The notes: a model not told the origin generated them from the sequence alone. 64,000 nucleotides of DNA from Pedosphaera sp. (GCA_031414955.1 JANOQV010000105.1:1-64000), one strand, 5' to 3'; numbered from the stretch's first letter, positions 1 to 10,089 are shown. A program made the numbers and translations.

Positions 1-2
1 CG

Positions 3-494
3 GACGCGGGACGCTCCGTCGAGGCGCTCAAACTGCGGGAAGAAATGCTGATGCTCTCCCGAAAGGCACTCGGCCCGGAAAACCCGACGACGCTCATGGC
101 AATGGGCAACCTCGCGCTTTACCATTTAGCGCACGGCCACCTGGACGAGGCGATTGAACTGCGGAAAGAAATGCTCGCCGTCAGCCGCAAGGCCTTCGGT
201 CCAAAGCATCCCGACACGCTGCAGGCGTTGAAGGCATTGGCCGAAATCTACATCGCCAAACGGAGACACCTCGAAGCGGAACCGCTGGTGCTGGAAGTGA
301 ACGAGATCATGCAACAAGATCGAAAAGCTGATCCCGCAGATCAGCGCGAAACGATTGAATTGCTTGGAAAATTCTACACCGACTGGGCGGTCGAGGCTCC
401 AGGCACCGGCAAGATGCAGAAGGCGCTGGAGTGGAACACAAAGTTAAGACAGTTCGACGAGGCTCTCCGGCAGCAGACTCCAGCGGCAAAATAG
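3..494 (+). CDS. C-terminal part of a TPR-repeat protein (probably the tail of a Ser/Thr kinase-TPR protein); 5'-truncated by window edge
   Basis: Frame open from base 3; repeated 'LGPENPTTL..MGNLA' / 'FGPKHPDTL..L..LA' TPR_10/12-type units. Confidence 0.8.
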   Translation, partial: DAGRSVEALKLREEMLMLSRKALGPENPTTLMAMGNLALYHLAHGHLDEAIELRKEMLAVSRKAFGPKHPDTLQALKALAEIYIAKRRHLEAEPLVLEVNEIMQQDRKADPADQRETIELLGKFYTDWAVEAPGTGKMQKALEWNTKLRQFDEALRQQTPAAK

Positions 495-525
495 GGTGGG
501 CTATGCCAAAAGATTATTTTCACGG

Positions 526-1152
526 ATGAATACTTCGCCAGCCCGCCAACACAACGTCACGCGACACACCTTGCCCATAACGATTGAGTCAGTCGGTGAA
601 TCGGAGTGCGACGAACTGATGTCGTATTTCGCCGACCATTCCTCGGACAACGGCAAGGCGCCCACCGGCTACTTCCTGCCTCGGTCGCAAAACGAAGCAG
701 GCGTTCCGCCGGACAAGGAAAAGTGCTTCCGCGCCGGACTGATCATTCCTATTGGCTCTCCTGGCTGGCGACGATCCTGGGTCGCGCGCGCCGCCCATCG
801 CCAGATTGCCGGACATGTCGATCTCCGGTCCCACTCGGAACGCTTCGCCGCGCACCGCTGCCTGCTCGGCTTGGGCGTGCAGCGTGACCACCGTCGGCTG
901 GGTGTGGGCGCGGCGCTGCTGGCGCACGCCATCGAGTGGGCGCGGGCGCAGAACGGACTCGAATGGCTTGATCTCCAGGTGATGTCCGCCAATGAGCCTG
1001 CCGTGCGGCTCTACCTTCGATCCGGATTTGTGAAGGTGGGTGAGGTGGCGGAGATGTTCAAAATTGATGGACGCTTGTTCTCTGATACGACGATGACCAA
1101 GCGGCTGCGCGAGGAGCGACCCGGCGACGGCCAGCAAACACCAGCACGGTGA
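526..1152 (+). CDS. GNAT family N-acetyltransferase
   Basis: V..DHRRLGVGAALL acetyl-CoA motif A and N.PA.RLY...GF motif B; start could be GTG 496 or ATG 526. Confidence 0.85.
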   Translation: MNTSPARQHNVTRHTLPITIESVGESECDELMSYFADHSSDNGKAPTGYFLPRSQNEAGVPPDKEKCFRAGLIIPIGSPGWRRSWVARAAHRQIAGHVDLRSHSERFAAHRCLLGLGVQRDHRRLGVGAALLAHAIEWARAQNGLEWLDLQVMSANEPAVRLYLRSGFVKVGEVAEMFKIDGRLFSDTTMTKRLREERPGDGQQTPAR

Positions 1153-1159
1153 ACATTTC

Positions 1160-4100
1160 ATGAACGAACCGAATCAACCGCTGCGGAAGATTTTCAACCA
1201 GGCCGTTGAAATCGCGGACACGCCGCGCCGGGCAGACTACCTCGCGGCGGCGTGCGGTGCGGACACGGACTTGCGCCAACGAGTCGAAGAACTGCTCGCC
1301 GCCGATGCGGAGGCGGGACGCTTTCTCGGTGGCGTGGGAGATACCGTCGCGCCTCCTCCGGTCTCCGGCCACCCTCTCCCATCGGATGGGAGAGGGGCTG
1401 GGGGTGAGGGAAAAACCTTCGGCGACTACGAACTGCTGGAGGAAATCGCACGCGGCGGCATGGGCATCGTGTACAAGGCGCGGCAGGTGAGCCTCGACCG
1501 CATCGTTGCGGTGAAGTTGCTGTTGCTCGGCCAGTATGCGAGCGAGGAATTCATTCACCGGTTTCGTATCGAGGCTTCGGCGGCGGCGAGTTTGCAGCAT
1601 CCGAACATCGTGGCCATCCACGAAGTCGGCGTGCATCAGGGCCAGCATTATTTCGCGATGGATTTCGTGGATGGCCCGGACCTCGCCCAGATCGTCCGGA
1701 ACGGACCGCTGACGGCCAAGCGCGCGGCGGGCTACGTGAAGACCATCGCGGAGGCGATTCACTTCGCGCACACGCGGCGCATCCTGCACCGCGACCTCAA
1801 GCCCTCGAACGTGCTCATCGACTCGAACGACCAACCTCGCGTCACCGACTTCGGCCTCGCCAAGAATCTGAGCAACGAGTCGGAGCTAACATTGACCGGA
1901 CAAGTGATGGGTTCGCCCGGCTTCATGCCGCCGGAGCAGGCGTTGGGCGACCGTGGGAAGATGGGGCCGACCAGTGATGTTTATTCGTTGGGGGCAATTC
2001 TCTATCACACACTCACCGGCCGTGCGCCCTTCGTGGGCCAGTCGGTCGCCGACACGCTGCACCAAGTGCAGCACCAGGAACCCATCGCGCCGCGTCTGCT
2101 TGCGCCCGGCCTGCCGGTGGATTTGGAAACCATTTGCCTCAAGTGTTTGCAGAAAGAATCCGCCCGACGCTTTGCCTCCGCGCAAGAACTGGCTGAGGAA
2201 CTGGGCCGCTTCCTGGGCGGCGAAACCATCCGTTCACGCCCCGTCAGCGCGCCGGAAAAAATCTGGCGCTGGTGCCGCCGCAAACCCGCCATCGCGAGTC
2301 TGGGACTCGCTACCATCGTTCTTTTGATCGCCGTCGGCGTCGGTTCACCTATTGCCGCGTGGCGCATCAACCACGAACGCCAACGAGCGGAGAATGGAGA
2401 GTTGGCTGCCCGCCAGAAAGCCTATGCCTCGGATATAAACCTTCTCCAACACGCACTCACGGTGAACAACCTCGGTCGAGCGCAGGAACTGTTGAACCGC
2501 CAACGACCTCAATCCGGTCAAAACGACCTTCGCGGCTGGGAGTGGCGCTACCTGTGGCAACATTCCCAGAGCGACGCCCTGTTTACCCTTTGCCAAAAGT
2601 CCAATTACATCAACTCGCTCACGATTTCTCATGATGGGAAATGGCTTGCGGTTGGTGAACTCCTAAGCGGCGGGATTTCAATCTGGGATCTCGGGACACG
2701 AGCAGAAATCTTGCGTTTGGCCGCAGGCGAAAGACTTGTGCATTGCACCTTCTCTCCCCGTGAACCCTTGCTGGCCTTCTCAACGGAGACGGGCATGAAT
2801 TCCACCAACAGTCGTTCCGCCGTTCGGCTGTGGGACGTGGTAAGGAGACAGACTTTGGTCGAGCTTCCTCTCGGCGGACGGTTTCGAGGAATGGTCTTCT
2901 CCAGCGATGGTCAGATGCTGGCCACGTCCACAGCGGCTCCAGACAATCAAATCACCATTTGGCGAGTTTCAGACGGAAGAAAGCTTGCCGCGTATTCCGC
3001 ACCGCAGGTCCGGGACACTTCTGGAATTGCGTTTGCGACGACCAGTGACCTGAGCACTGCGGCTCATGGCATGCCTGGCGGCCGAATTCGTGTGATGAAT
3101 TTGTCCACTGGAAAAGAGCGTTGGACGGCGCAAGCCGACGACGAGCACATCACGACGCTCGCATTTTCAGGCGACGGGAAGATTTTGGCCTCTGGTTCGG
3201 GTTATGGTCCTTCACCAATCCTGCTGTGGGATGTCGCCTCGGGAAAAGAGATCGGGCATTTGGAAGGCCACCGGGGTTGGGTGGCGTCGCTTGTGTTCTG
3301 GCCGGACGGGAAAACCTTGGCCTCGGCGAGTGCCGATCAAACGATCCGTTTGTGGGACGTGACTGACCCGGCGCACGGGCGTTCACTGAACATACTTCGT
3401 GGTCATCGGCTCGAAGTGTGGCGGCTCCTGCTGCTCCCGGACAACAAGACTCTGGTGAGCGGTTCCAAGGATGGTTCGGTTTGCGTTTGGAACACTGCGG
3501 AAAGCCGGCCCGCGCCCGTGCGCTCCACCTTGCCAGCGGCGATGGCAGCCTGGCGCTTCACACCTGACAGCAAGTCTGTCCTGACTTTGGATCGGCAAGG
3601 CCGCGTGGCTCGGTGGAGCGGAACCGGTTTTCAGCAAATGGAACCTCTGATGGACATCGGCACGAATTATTTCAGTTGGTGGACGCTCATCTCTCAAGAT
3701 GCCGGGTGGCTGGCCGCCGGCTCAACGGACGGCACGCTCCAGGTGTGGGATTTGCACCGGCGTTTGCTGCTCCGCCAGTTTTCGGGACTGGGTTCTCCCT
3801 GGCCCAGCGGATTTCTGGCTCAAGGGGAAAAACTGGTCGTCGCTAACATGCGCGATGACTCGCTCCAAGAATGGAATCTGATCACGGGGCAGCGAACCAA
3901 GGTCTGGCCGGGTGCGGCACTGCACAGCCCTGATAGCGGTGCGACTTTCTCTCCTGATGAACGGCTCTGCGTCACGTTCGGTTACGGGGTTGCGAGCATG
4001 AGTTTGCACGACATGACCAGTATCCCTGCGACGAACGTGAATCTGACCATGAAACAGGGAATGGGGGCGGCCTTTTCACCCGACGGACGGCTTCTGGCTG

Positions 4101-4468
4101 CGGCCAGTTCCAGCGGCTTCGCCCAATTGTGGGAAACATCTACGTTGCGGGAAGTCGCCACCTTTCGAGACTTTCTGCAAGGAGTTCACTCGGTTGCCTT
4201 CTCACCAGATGGTCAACGCCTTGCGACCGGCAGCGACGGGAAAGAAGCGATCAAACTTTGGGACGTGGAAAGCCAGCAGCAGTTGCTCACGTTGGAAGGC
4301 CAGGGTTCGGCCTTCTTCAAGTCGGCGTTCTCTCCAGATGGGAACATTCTTGGCTCCATGAACCAGTCTGGGATCCTTCACCTCTGGCGCACGCCGTCAT
4401 GGGGCGAGATAGACAGGGCAGAGAAATCAACTGGCGGCAAAGAACTCAGCTTACCAGAAACGCCATGA
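1160..4468 (+). CDS. Hanks-type Ser/Thr protein kinase with TM helix and C-terminal WD40 propellers
   Basis: ARGGMGIVY, VAVK, HRDLKPSN, DFGLAK, MPPEQ, DVYSLG motifs; TM segment; many S.DG..LA.GS.D..I.LWD repeats. Confidence 0.95.
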   Translation: MNEPNQPLRKIFNQAVEIADTPRRADYLAAACGADTDLRQRVEELLAADAEAGRFLGGVGDTVAPPPVSGHPLPSDGRGAGGEGKTFGDYELLEEIARGGMGIVYKARQVSLDRIVAVKLLLLGQYASEEFIHRFRIEASAAASLQHPNIVAIHEVGVHQGQHYFAMDFVDGPDLAQIVRNGPLTAKRAAGYVKTIAEAIHFAHTRRILHRDLKPSNVLIDSNDQPRVTDFGLAKNLSNESELTLTGQVMGSPGFMPPEQALGDRGKMGPTSDVYSLGAILYHTLTGRAPFVGQSVADTLHQVQHQEPIAPRLLAPGLPVDLETICLKCLQKESARRFASAQELAEELGRFLGGETIRSRPVSAPEKIWRWCRRKPAIASLGLATIVLLIAVGVGSPIAAWRINHERQRAENGELAARQKAYASDINLLQHALTVNNLGRAQELLNRQRPQSGQNDLRGWEWRYLWQHSQSDALFTLCQKSNYINSLTISHDGKWLAVGELLSGGISIWDLGTRAEILRLAAGERLVHCTFSPREPLLAFSTETGMNSTNSRSAVRLWDVVRRQTLVELPLGGRFRGMVFSSDGQMLATSTAAPDNQITIWRVSDGRKLAAYSAPQVRDTSGIAFATTSDLSTAAHGMPGGRIRVMNLSTGKERWTAQADDEHITTLAFSGDGKILASGSGYGPSPILLWDVASGKEIGHLEGHRGWVASLVFWPDGKTLASASADQTIRLWDVTDPAHGRSLNILRGHRLEVWRLLLLPDNKTLVSGSKDGSVCVWNTAESRPAPVRSTLPAAMAAWRFTPDSKSVLTLDRQGRVARWSGTGFQQMEPLMDIGTNYFSWWTLISQDAGWLAAGSTDGTLQVWDLHRRLLLRQFSGLGSPWPSGFLAQGEKLVVANMRDDSLQEWNLITGQRTKVWPGAALHSPDSGATFSPDERLCVTFGYGVASMSLHDMTSIPATNVNLTMKQGMGAAFSPDGRLLAAASSSGFAQLWETSTLREVATFRDFLQGVHSVAFSPDGQRLATGSDGKEAIKLWDVESQQQLLTLEGQGSAFFKSAFSPDGNILGSMNQSGILHLWRTPSWGEIDRAEKSTGGKELSLPETP
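1360..1410. repeat. REP-like palindromic element inserted in frame in the kinase gene
   Basis: Perfect 12-bp hairpin ccctctcccatc-g-gatgggagaggg (1372-1396) followed by gctgggggtgaggg. Confidence 0.7.
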
Positions 4469-5091
4469 GGATTCTCGGCCTCGGCAACGATGTGTCGCAA
4501 CCTGTCGCTCTGATGAACGAGTTTCTCCAACCGACCGTCGTCATTGACAGCGATGCGGCTGCCGTAGTGGCTTTGGCCGCTGAACTGGCGCGGGATGCGG
4601 CAGACGACGAAGCGGTGGCGCGTCGGTGTTTTCTCTGGGTGCGGGACAATGTGCGGCACAGTTCCGACTGCGAGATTCCGACCGTGACCTGTTCGGCGTC
4701 CGAGGTGTTGGCGCATCGCGTTGGTTTCTGTTTCGCCAAGAGTCATTTGCTGGCGGCGTTGCTCCGAGCGCGCGGCATTCCGGCGGCGTTGTGTTACCAG
4801 CGACTCGCGCTCGACGAGCGGGGCAGCGCGTTTTGTCTGCACGGTTTGGTGGCGGTGTTCCTCGAACGCCACGGCTGGCATCGAGTTGATCCGCGCGGCG
4901 ACAAGGCGGGCCTCACCACGGAGTTTTGTCCGCCGATGGAGCGCCTGGCCTTCACGCCGCGTCTGCCGGGCGAGATGGACATTCCCACACGCTTCGCCGA
5001 CGCACTGCCGAATGTGATCGCCACGCTGCGGCACTGCCGCACGGCGGATGAGGTGGCTGCGAATCTGCCGGATTATGCCCAATCAACCTGA
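4465..5091 (+). CDS. Transglutaminase-like domain protein
   Basis: G.CFAKSHLLAALLRA.GIPA Cys motif, LHG, W.RVDPRG; start 4465 (ATGA overlap with kinase stop) or 4513. Confidence 0.85.
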   Translation: MRILGLGNDVSQPVALMNEFLQPTVVIDSDAAAVVALAAELARDAADDEAVARRCFLWVRDNVRHSSDCEIPTVTCSASEVLAHRVGFCFAKSHLLAALLRARGIPAALCYQRLALDERGSAFCLHGLVAVFLERHGWHRVDPRGDKAGLTTEFCPPMERLAFTPRLPGEMDIPTRFADALPNVIATLRHCRTADEVAANLPDYAQST

Positions 5092-5473
5092 TTACGGTGA
5101 ACGCCAAACCACACGTCGCGCGGGCACGCCGTCGAAGGTGAAGCGTCCCCGTCAACCGTGGGTGCGTCCGTGCTTCCTCGCGGTGGAACTGCTCTTTCTG
5201 GGGCTGGGTGTGCTGTATGTGTATTTCGGCCAGGCCCGGCTGGAGGAGACATGCGGCGCGTGGTTCCGTCCATTGCAGGCGGGTCTGGCGGGAGTGCTGT
5301 TGCTGGCCATCGTTGAATTCTGGGATGACGAGCGGAGGCTGGCGGTGATTGGTTTGGTCGTCCTTGTTCTCGGCGGCTTGCTGGCGACGACGCAGTTTCC
5401 GCCCTTTTACTCGAAACCCGAGCCGTCACCCCGTCGAGCCGTTGATTCGCTCCAGCCGGGTTTCAGAAAATAG
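5075..5473 (+). CDS. Small hypothetical membrane protein (about 3 TM)
   Basis: Three hydrophobic stretches; start uncertain. Confidence 0.5.
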   Translation: MPNQPDYGERQTTRRAGTPSKVKRPRQPWVRPCFLAVELLFLGLGVLYVYFGQARLEETCGAWFRPLQAGLAGVLLLAIVEFWDDERRLAVIGLVVLVLGGLLATTQFPPFYSKPEPSPRRAVDSLQPGFRK

Positions 5474-5636
5474 TTCCATTTCACTGTCCCTTTCTCCTGC
5501 CGCGAAAGCGCATGGCAGGTGAATGGACATCTCATCAAGTGGCCCGAACACCGATCTTGGAAGGCAGAAATGTCGAAGCTTGTCTCTCATTCTGACCGCC
5601 CGCCGCCAGTCTGCGCCGCCGACCTTGAAGCGGACT

Positions 5637-7880
5637 ATGCCCGCCAAACTTTTTCTCTCTAAATCTTGCGCCAGGTTGATTCTCCTGTGCGCCTGGCTCG
5701 GAACCGACACCGCTCAGGCGGCCACTCCCGGCGCGGTCGTGGCGTGGGGATGGAACGACTCCGGCCAAACGACTGTGCCCGTGGCGGCGCAGAGCGGAGT
5801 GGTGGCGATGGCGGCGGGAGGCAGTCATACCTTAGCCTTGAAAACGGATGGCAGCGTGGTGGCTTGGGGAGATGACGGTGGTGGGCAAAGCACGGTTCCC
5901 ATATCGGCGCAGAGCGGAGTGACGGCCGTTGCGGCAGGAGGTGCTCACTCGCTGGCTTTGAAGACTGACGGGAGCGTCGTGGCGTGGGGTTACAATCCTT
6001 ACGGACAAACGACCGTGCCGGCAGCAGCGCAAAGCGGCGTGACGGCCATTGCGGCGGGCTATGAATTCAGCGCCGCCTTGAAGACCGACGGCAGCATCGT
6101 GGTGTGGGGAGTCGATTGTTGCAACTTGGCGACGGTGCCGCCGGCGGCTCAGAGCGGAGTGACGGCCTTGGCTGCGGGCTGGGAACACCTCGTGGCCTTG
6201 AAGGCGAACGGCAGTGTGGTGGCCTGGGGCGACAACAGTTGGGGCCAAACGAATGTCCCTCTGGCGGCGCAAGGCGGCGTGACGGCGGTGGCGGGCGGAC
6301 TCAGGCATATCGTGGCCTTGAAAGCGGGCGGCAGCGCGATCGCGTGGGGACGCGACGCCTCCGGCGAAACAACGGTGCCGATCGCGGCGCAGAGCGGGGT
6401 GGCGGCGATTGCGGCCGGAAGCGTTCACAACGTGGCCTTGAAAAACGACGGAAACGTGGTGGCGTGGGGAGACAACTCTTACGGCCAAACGTCGGTGCCA
6501 GTCACGGCGCAGGGCGGAGTGGTCGCCATTGCGGCGGGAGGTTCTCACACCGTGGCACTCGTCGTTCCCGCAGTGCCGGTCATGGCCGCACCGCCCGTGA
6601 GCCAGGCGGTGAACGCGGGGCAGAGCGCGACCTTTGTGGTGGTGGCTCCGGGCTTTCCGATGTTTTACCAGTGGCGCAAGGACGGAACCAACCTCAGCGG
6701 AGCGACGGACGCCAACTACAGCCTGGCCAACGCGTGGTTTAGCGACGTGGGCAGTTACACCGTGGTGGTGAGCAACTACCTTGGCAGTGTGACCAGTGCG
6801 CCGGCTATGTTGACGGTGAACGCAGCACCTCCCGGCTCGGTGGTGGCGTGGGGATACAACGGCGTGGGTCAAACGGATGTGCCCGTGGCAGCACAGAGCG
6901 GAGTCACAGCCATTGCGGCGGGAGCATTTCACACCGTGGCGTTGAAGAACGACGGGAGCGTGCTGGCGTGGGGAGTTAACGGCTCCGGCATAACGAATGT
7001 ACCCGTGGCGGCGCAGAGCAGAGTGACTGCGATTGCGGCAGGATACAATCACACCGTGGCCTTGAAGAACGACGGGAGTCTGGTGGCGTGGGGAGGCAAC
7101 TACTACCACCAAGCGACTGTCCCCGTGGAGGCGCAGATTGGGGTGACGGCGATTGCGGCGGGAGCATTTTACACCGTGGTCTTGAAGAATGACGGAAGCG
7201 TGCTGGCGTGGGGAGACAGCGACGGCCCAACGGACGTGCCCGTGACGGCGCAAAGCGGAGTGATCGCCATTGCGGCGGGCGATGCCTTCACCCTGGCCTT
7301 GAAGAACGACGGTCAGGTCGTGTCGTGGGGCAACGGCCAGACGAATGTCCCCGTGGCGGCGCAGAGCGGCGTGATCGCGATTGCGGCGGGGGCTGGTGCC
7401 GTGGCGTTGAAGAGCGACGGCACGATCGTGGCGTGGGGATATGCCAATGTTGCTCAAACGAACATTCCTTCCGGCTTGAGCAATGTGACGGCCATTGCGG
7501 TGGGAGAGGTTTACCGCGGGGCGTTGAAGAGCGACGGGAGTGTGGTGCTGTGGATATGCAATGATTGCGGCGGCTCAACGACGGTGCCTGCGGCGGCGCA
7601 GAGCGGAGTCACGGCCATAGCGGCGGGAAGTTCTCACGTCGTGGCGCTTCTCGGCGGCGTGCCGTTGCGGCCCGCTTTGACTTCGCGGCGCAGCGGCAGT
7701 GAACTGATTCTCACTTGGCCTACCAATGCGAGCGGGTTCACTCTGCAATCGACGATTCAATTAGCTCATCCCGGAATCTGGCTGGATGTCACCAATCCGC
7801 CGACTCGTCTGGGCGGGCAATGGACGGTCACCAACACGTTCTCCGGCGGCGCAAAGTTTTATCGGCTGACCAAGCCGTAG
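5637..7880 (+). CDS. Secreted RCC1/BLIP-II-like repeat protein: two 7-blade propellers flanking an Ig domain, C-terminal FYRL domain
   Basis: Signal peptide; 7+7 units of about 40 aa (AIAAG..H..ALK.DGSVVAWG); Ig motif YQW.KDG...G.YTVVVSN; ends KFYRLTKP. Confidence 0.9.
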   Translation: MPAKLFLSKSCARLILLCAWLGTDTAQAATPGAVVAWGWNDSGQTTVPVAAQSGVVAMAAGGSHTLALKTDGSVVAWGDDGGGQSTVPISAQSGVTAVAAGGAHSLALKTDGSVVAWGYNPYGQTTVPAAAQSGVTAIAAGYEFSAALKTDGSIVVWGVDCCNLATVPPAAQSGVTALAAGWEHLVALKANGSVVAWGDNSWGQTNVPLAAQGGVTAVAGGLRHIVALKAGGSAIAWGRDASGETTVPIAAQSGVAAIAAGSVHNVALKNDGNVVAWGDNSYGQTSVPVTAQGGVVAIAAGGSHTVALVVPAVPVMAAPPVSQAVNAGQSATFVVVAPGFPMFYQWRKDGTNLSGATDANYSLANAWFSDVGSYTVVVSNYLGSVTSAPAMLTVNAAPPGSVVAWGYNGVGQTDVPVAAQSGVTAIAAGAFHTVALKNDGSVLAWGVNGSGITNVPVAAQSRVTAIAAGYNHTVALKNDGSLVAWGGNYYHQATVPVEAQIGVTAIAAGAFYTVVLKNDGSVLAWGDSDGPTDVPVTAQSGVIAIAAGDAFTLALKNDGQVVSWGNGQTNVPVAAQSGVIAIAAGAGAVALKSDGTIVAWGYANVAQTNIPSGLSNVTAIAVGEVYRGALKSDGSVVLWICNDCGGSTTVPAAAQSGVTAIAAGSSHVVALLGGVPLRPALTSRRSGSELILTWPTNASGFTLQSTIQLAHPGIWLDVTNPPTRLGGQWTVTNTFSGGAKFYRLTKP

Positions 7881-8077
7881 CCCGCATGCCGTCCCCGTCT
7901 GAAACGGCGCGGCACCCCAGGGCGGCTCCTCCAAAATATTTCCGATCTCCTGTCCCTTTCTCCTATCGCGATGGCGCATTGCAGGGTGAAGGGCTAGCGG
8001 TCGCCAGCCAGACCCGGCGAACTGGCCTGGAGAAAAAACGACCGAATGACCGAACCAAAACAGGAACCGTTATCACC

Positions 8078-8929
8078 ATGAACACCACCCCATCCAAATG
8101 TTTCATCCGCTCCGCGCTGCTGTGCAGTGTGGGGCTGCTGATGGCCGGCCACGCTGCGGCGGCCACACTTCAACTCACGCCCATCGGCACGCATGTGAAC
8201 GGGCCGCCGTTCAACAGCAGCGCCGCGGAAATCGTCGCGCATGATCGCAAGTCGCAGCGGCTTTACGTGGTCAACGCGCTGGGCGTCCGCATTGACGTGC
8301 TCGACATTCAGAATCCAGCCCTCCCGACGAAAATCGGCGTAATTGATCTGTTGCCCTACGGTGCGGTGGTCAACAGCGTGGCCGTGGACGGCGCACTCAT
8401 CGCCGTGGCCGTGGAGGCGGCGGTGAAGACGGACCCCGGCAGCGTGGTCTTCTTCAACCGCGAGCTGGAGCACAAGAACACGGTGCTGGTCGGCGCGTTG
8501 CCCGACATGCTTACCTTCTCCCCCGACGGACGCTGGGTGCTGGTGGCGAATGAGGGCGAGCCGAACACCTACAACAATTTCGGCAGCGAAACCAACGGGC
8601 CAAGCATCGATCCGGAAGGCTCGGTCAGCATCATTGACCTGAAGAAGGGCGTGACTAAGGCCACGGTACGCACCGCGACCTTCACGAAATTCAACGACAC
8701 GGTGCTCGATCCCAGCATCCGCATCTCCGACCCGGCGCAGCCGGTGATGCTGGACTACGTGAACAACCGGAATTTTTCCAACCCCTTCGACTTCGCAACG
8801 ACGGAGGATCTGGGGCCGGAAGGGCTTACCTTCATCGAGGCGGCGGACAGCCCGAACGGCAAACCTTTGCTGGTCATCGCCAATGAAATCAGCGGCACCA
8901 CGACGATCTTCCAACTCAACAAGCTGTAA
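8078..8929 (+). pseudogene. Choice-of-anchor I (alkaline-phosphatase-associated) family protein with apparent large in-frame internal deletion
   Basis: N-part SAAEIVA, VGALPDMLTF, VANEGEP, DPEGSVSIID is joined directly to C-part DP..P...DYVNNR, DLGPEGL, ANEISGTT; middle of the family absent. Confidence 0.6.
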
Positions 8930-9159
8930 CGCCGGGCGCGGGAAAAAATCTTCGCGCGGTGGAGCGCCCTTGCGGGAAGTCCCGCCGGGGCATTTTCCGT
9001 TGGCGAACGAGGGCCAGGCTTTGCTCCAGCTGTTGTCGAAGGGAGGCTGCGATGGAGCGCGAGCTTTCAACTCGCAGCAAGATTCGCACGGGCAGGATCT
9101 TGTTCCTCCATCATGCGTGCGTGATTGCCAACGCCCGTTCGCTCACTCAGTCTCCGTGC

Positions 9160-10089
9160 ATGAACTTGCTTTCGAACAACAACGCAGCGTGGCTCCTGGC
9201 TGTGCTCATCGCCAGCTTCGTTGAAATTCCTATCAGTCATGCAGCGGAGCAACCAGCATCTCCGGCCATTCCGCTCGAACTCGACACCAAGAGTTCCGAA
9301 CTCATCAAGATCGTCATCCTGGCGGGTGAGCCGAGCGGCAAGCCGGGGCAGCACGAATACTTTGCCGACTGTGCGCTGATATACGATTGGCTCAAGCAGA
9401 CGCCCGGCGTGTGGCCGGTGCTGGCGCGGACGTGGCCGACCAACGAGGCCATCTTCGACGGCGCGAAATGCATCGTCGCGCTCATGGATGGCGGCGCGAA
9501 GCATCCGCTCATCGAGGAGGCGCGACAGAAGAAACTCGGCGAACTGGCGGAAAAGGGCATCGGCTTCGCGGCGTTTCATCAAGCGGTCGATATTCCCCAG
9601 GAGCACGCGGAGGGTGCCCAGGCCGCCATCGGCGGCGTGTGGCAGGCGGACATCGGCTGTCGCGGGCATTGGGACATGGACTTGAAGCCGAAGGGCGCGC
9701 ATCCGGTGCTGCGCGGCGTGAAGCCGTTCACGGCGAAGGGCGACGGCTGGCTCTACAATTTGCATTTCGCGAACGACACCGGATTCACGCCGCTGCTGGT
9801 CGGCGCGGTTCCTGACAAGTCGCGCACCACCGCTGATGCGAAGGAACACATCGGTCGCGACGAAGTCATCGGCTGGGCGTACGAGCGGGAGGGCGGTGGG
9901 CGGGCGTTTTGTTTCACCGGCATTGACCTGCACAAGAATTGGGAACTCGAAAGCCAGCGCCGCTTCGTCGTGAATGGAATTCTGTGGAGCGCCGGAGTGG
10001 AGGTGCCGCGGGCCGGAGCACGGGTGGAGATGAAGCCTGGGGATCTGGAGAAACATGTGCGCCCGGCGGCCCCTGCAAAATCCAAGTAG
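9160..10089 (+). CDS. ThuA-like (trehalose utilisation / GATase1-like) domain protein, exported
   Basis: KIVILAG.PS..PGQHEY, HPVLRGV, WAYER.GGGR.F, RRFVVNGILW.AG; start uncertain. Confidence 0.8.
   Translation: MNLLSNNNAAWLLAVLIASFVEIPISHAAEQPASPAIPLELDTKSSELIKIVILAGEPSGKPGQHEYFADCALIYDWLKQTPGVWPVLARTWPTNEAIFDGAKCIVALMDGGAKHPLIEEARQKKLGELAEKGIGFAAFHQAVDIPQEHAEGAQAAIGGVWQADIGCRGHWDMDLKPKGAHPVLRGVKPFTAKGDGWLYNLHFANDTGFTPLLVGAVPDKSRTTADAKEHIGRDEVIGWAYEREGGGRAFCFTGIDLHKNWELESQRRFVVNGILWSAGVEVPRAGARVEMKPGDLEKHVRPAAPAKSK

Noticed and set aside
4129..4464. N-terminal extension of the transglutaminase ORF
   Set aside because: Overlaps the kinase WD40 coding region in another frame; real start is more likely 4465 or 4513
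5730..7650. Regular 120-bp repeats as a CRISPR array or DGR target
   Set aside because: Repeats are in-frame protein repeats without unique spacers; no cas or reverse transcriptase gene and no adenine-specific template/variable pair seen
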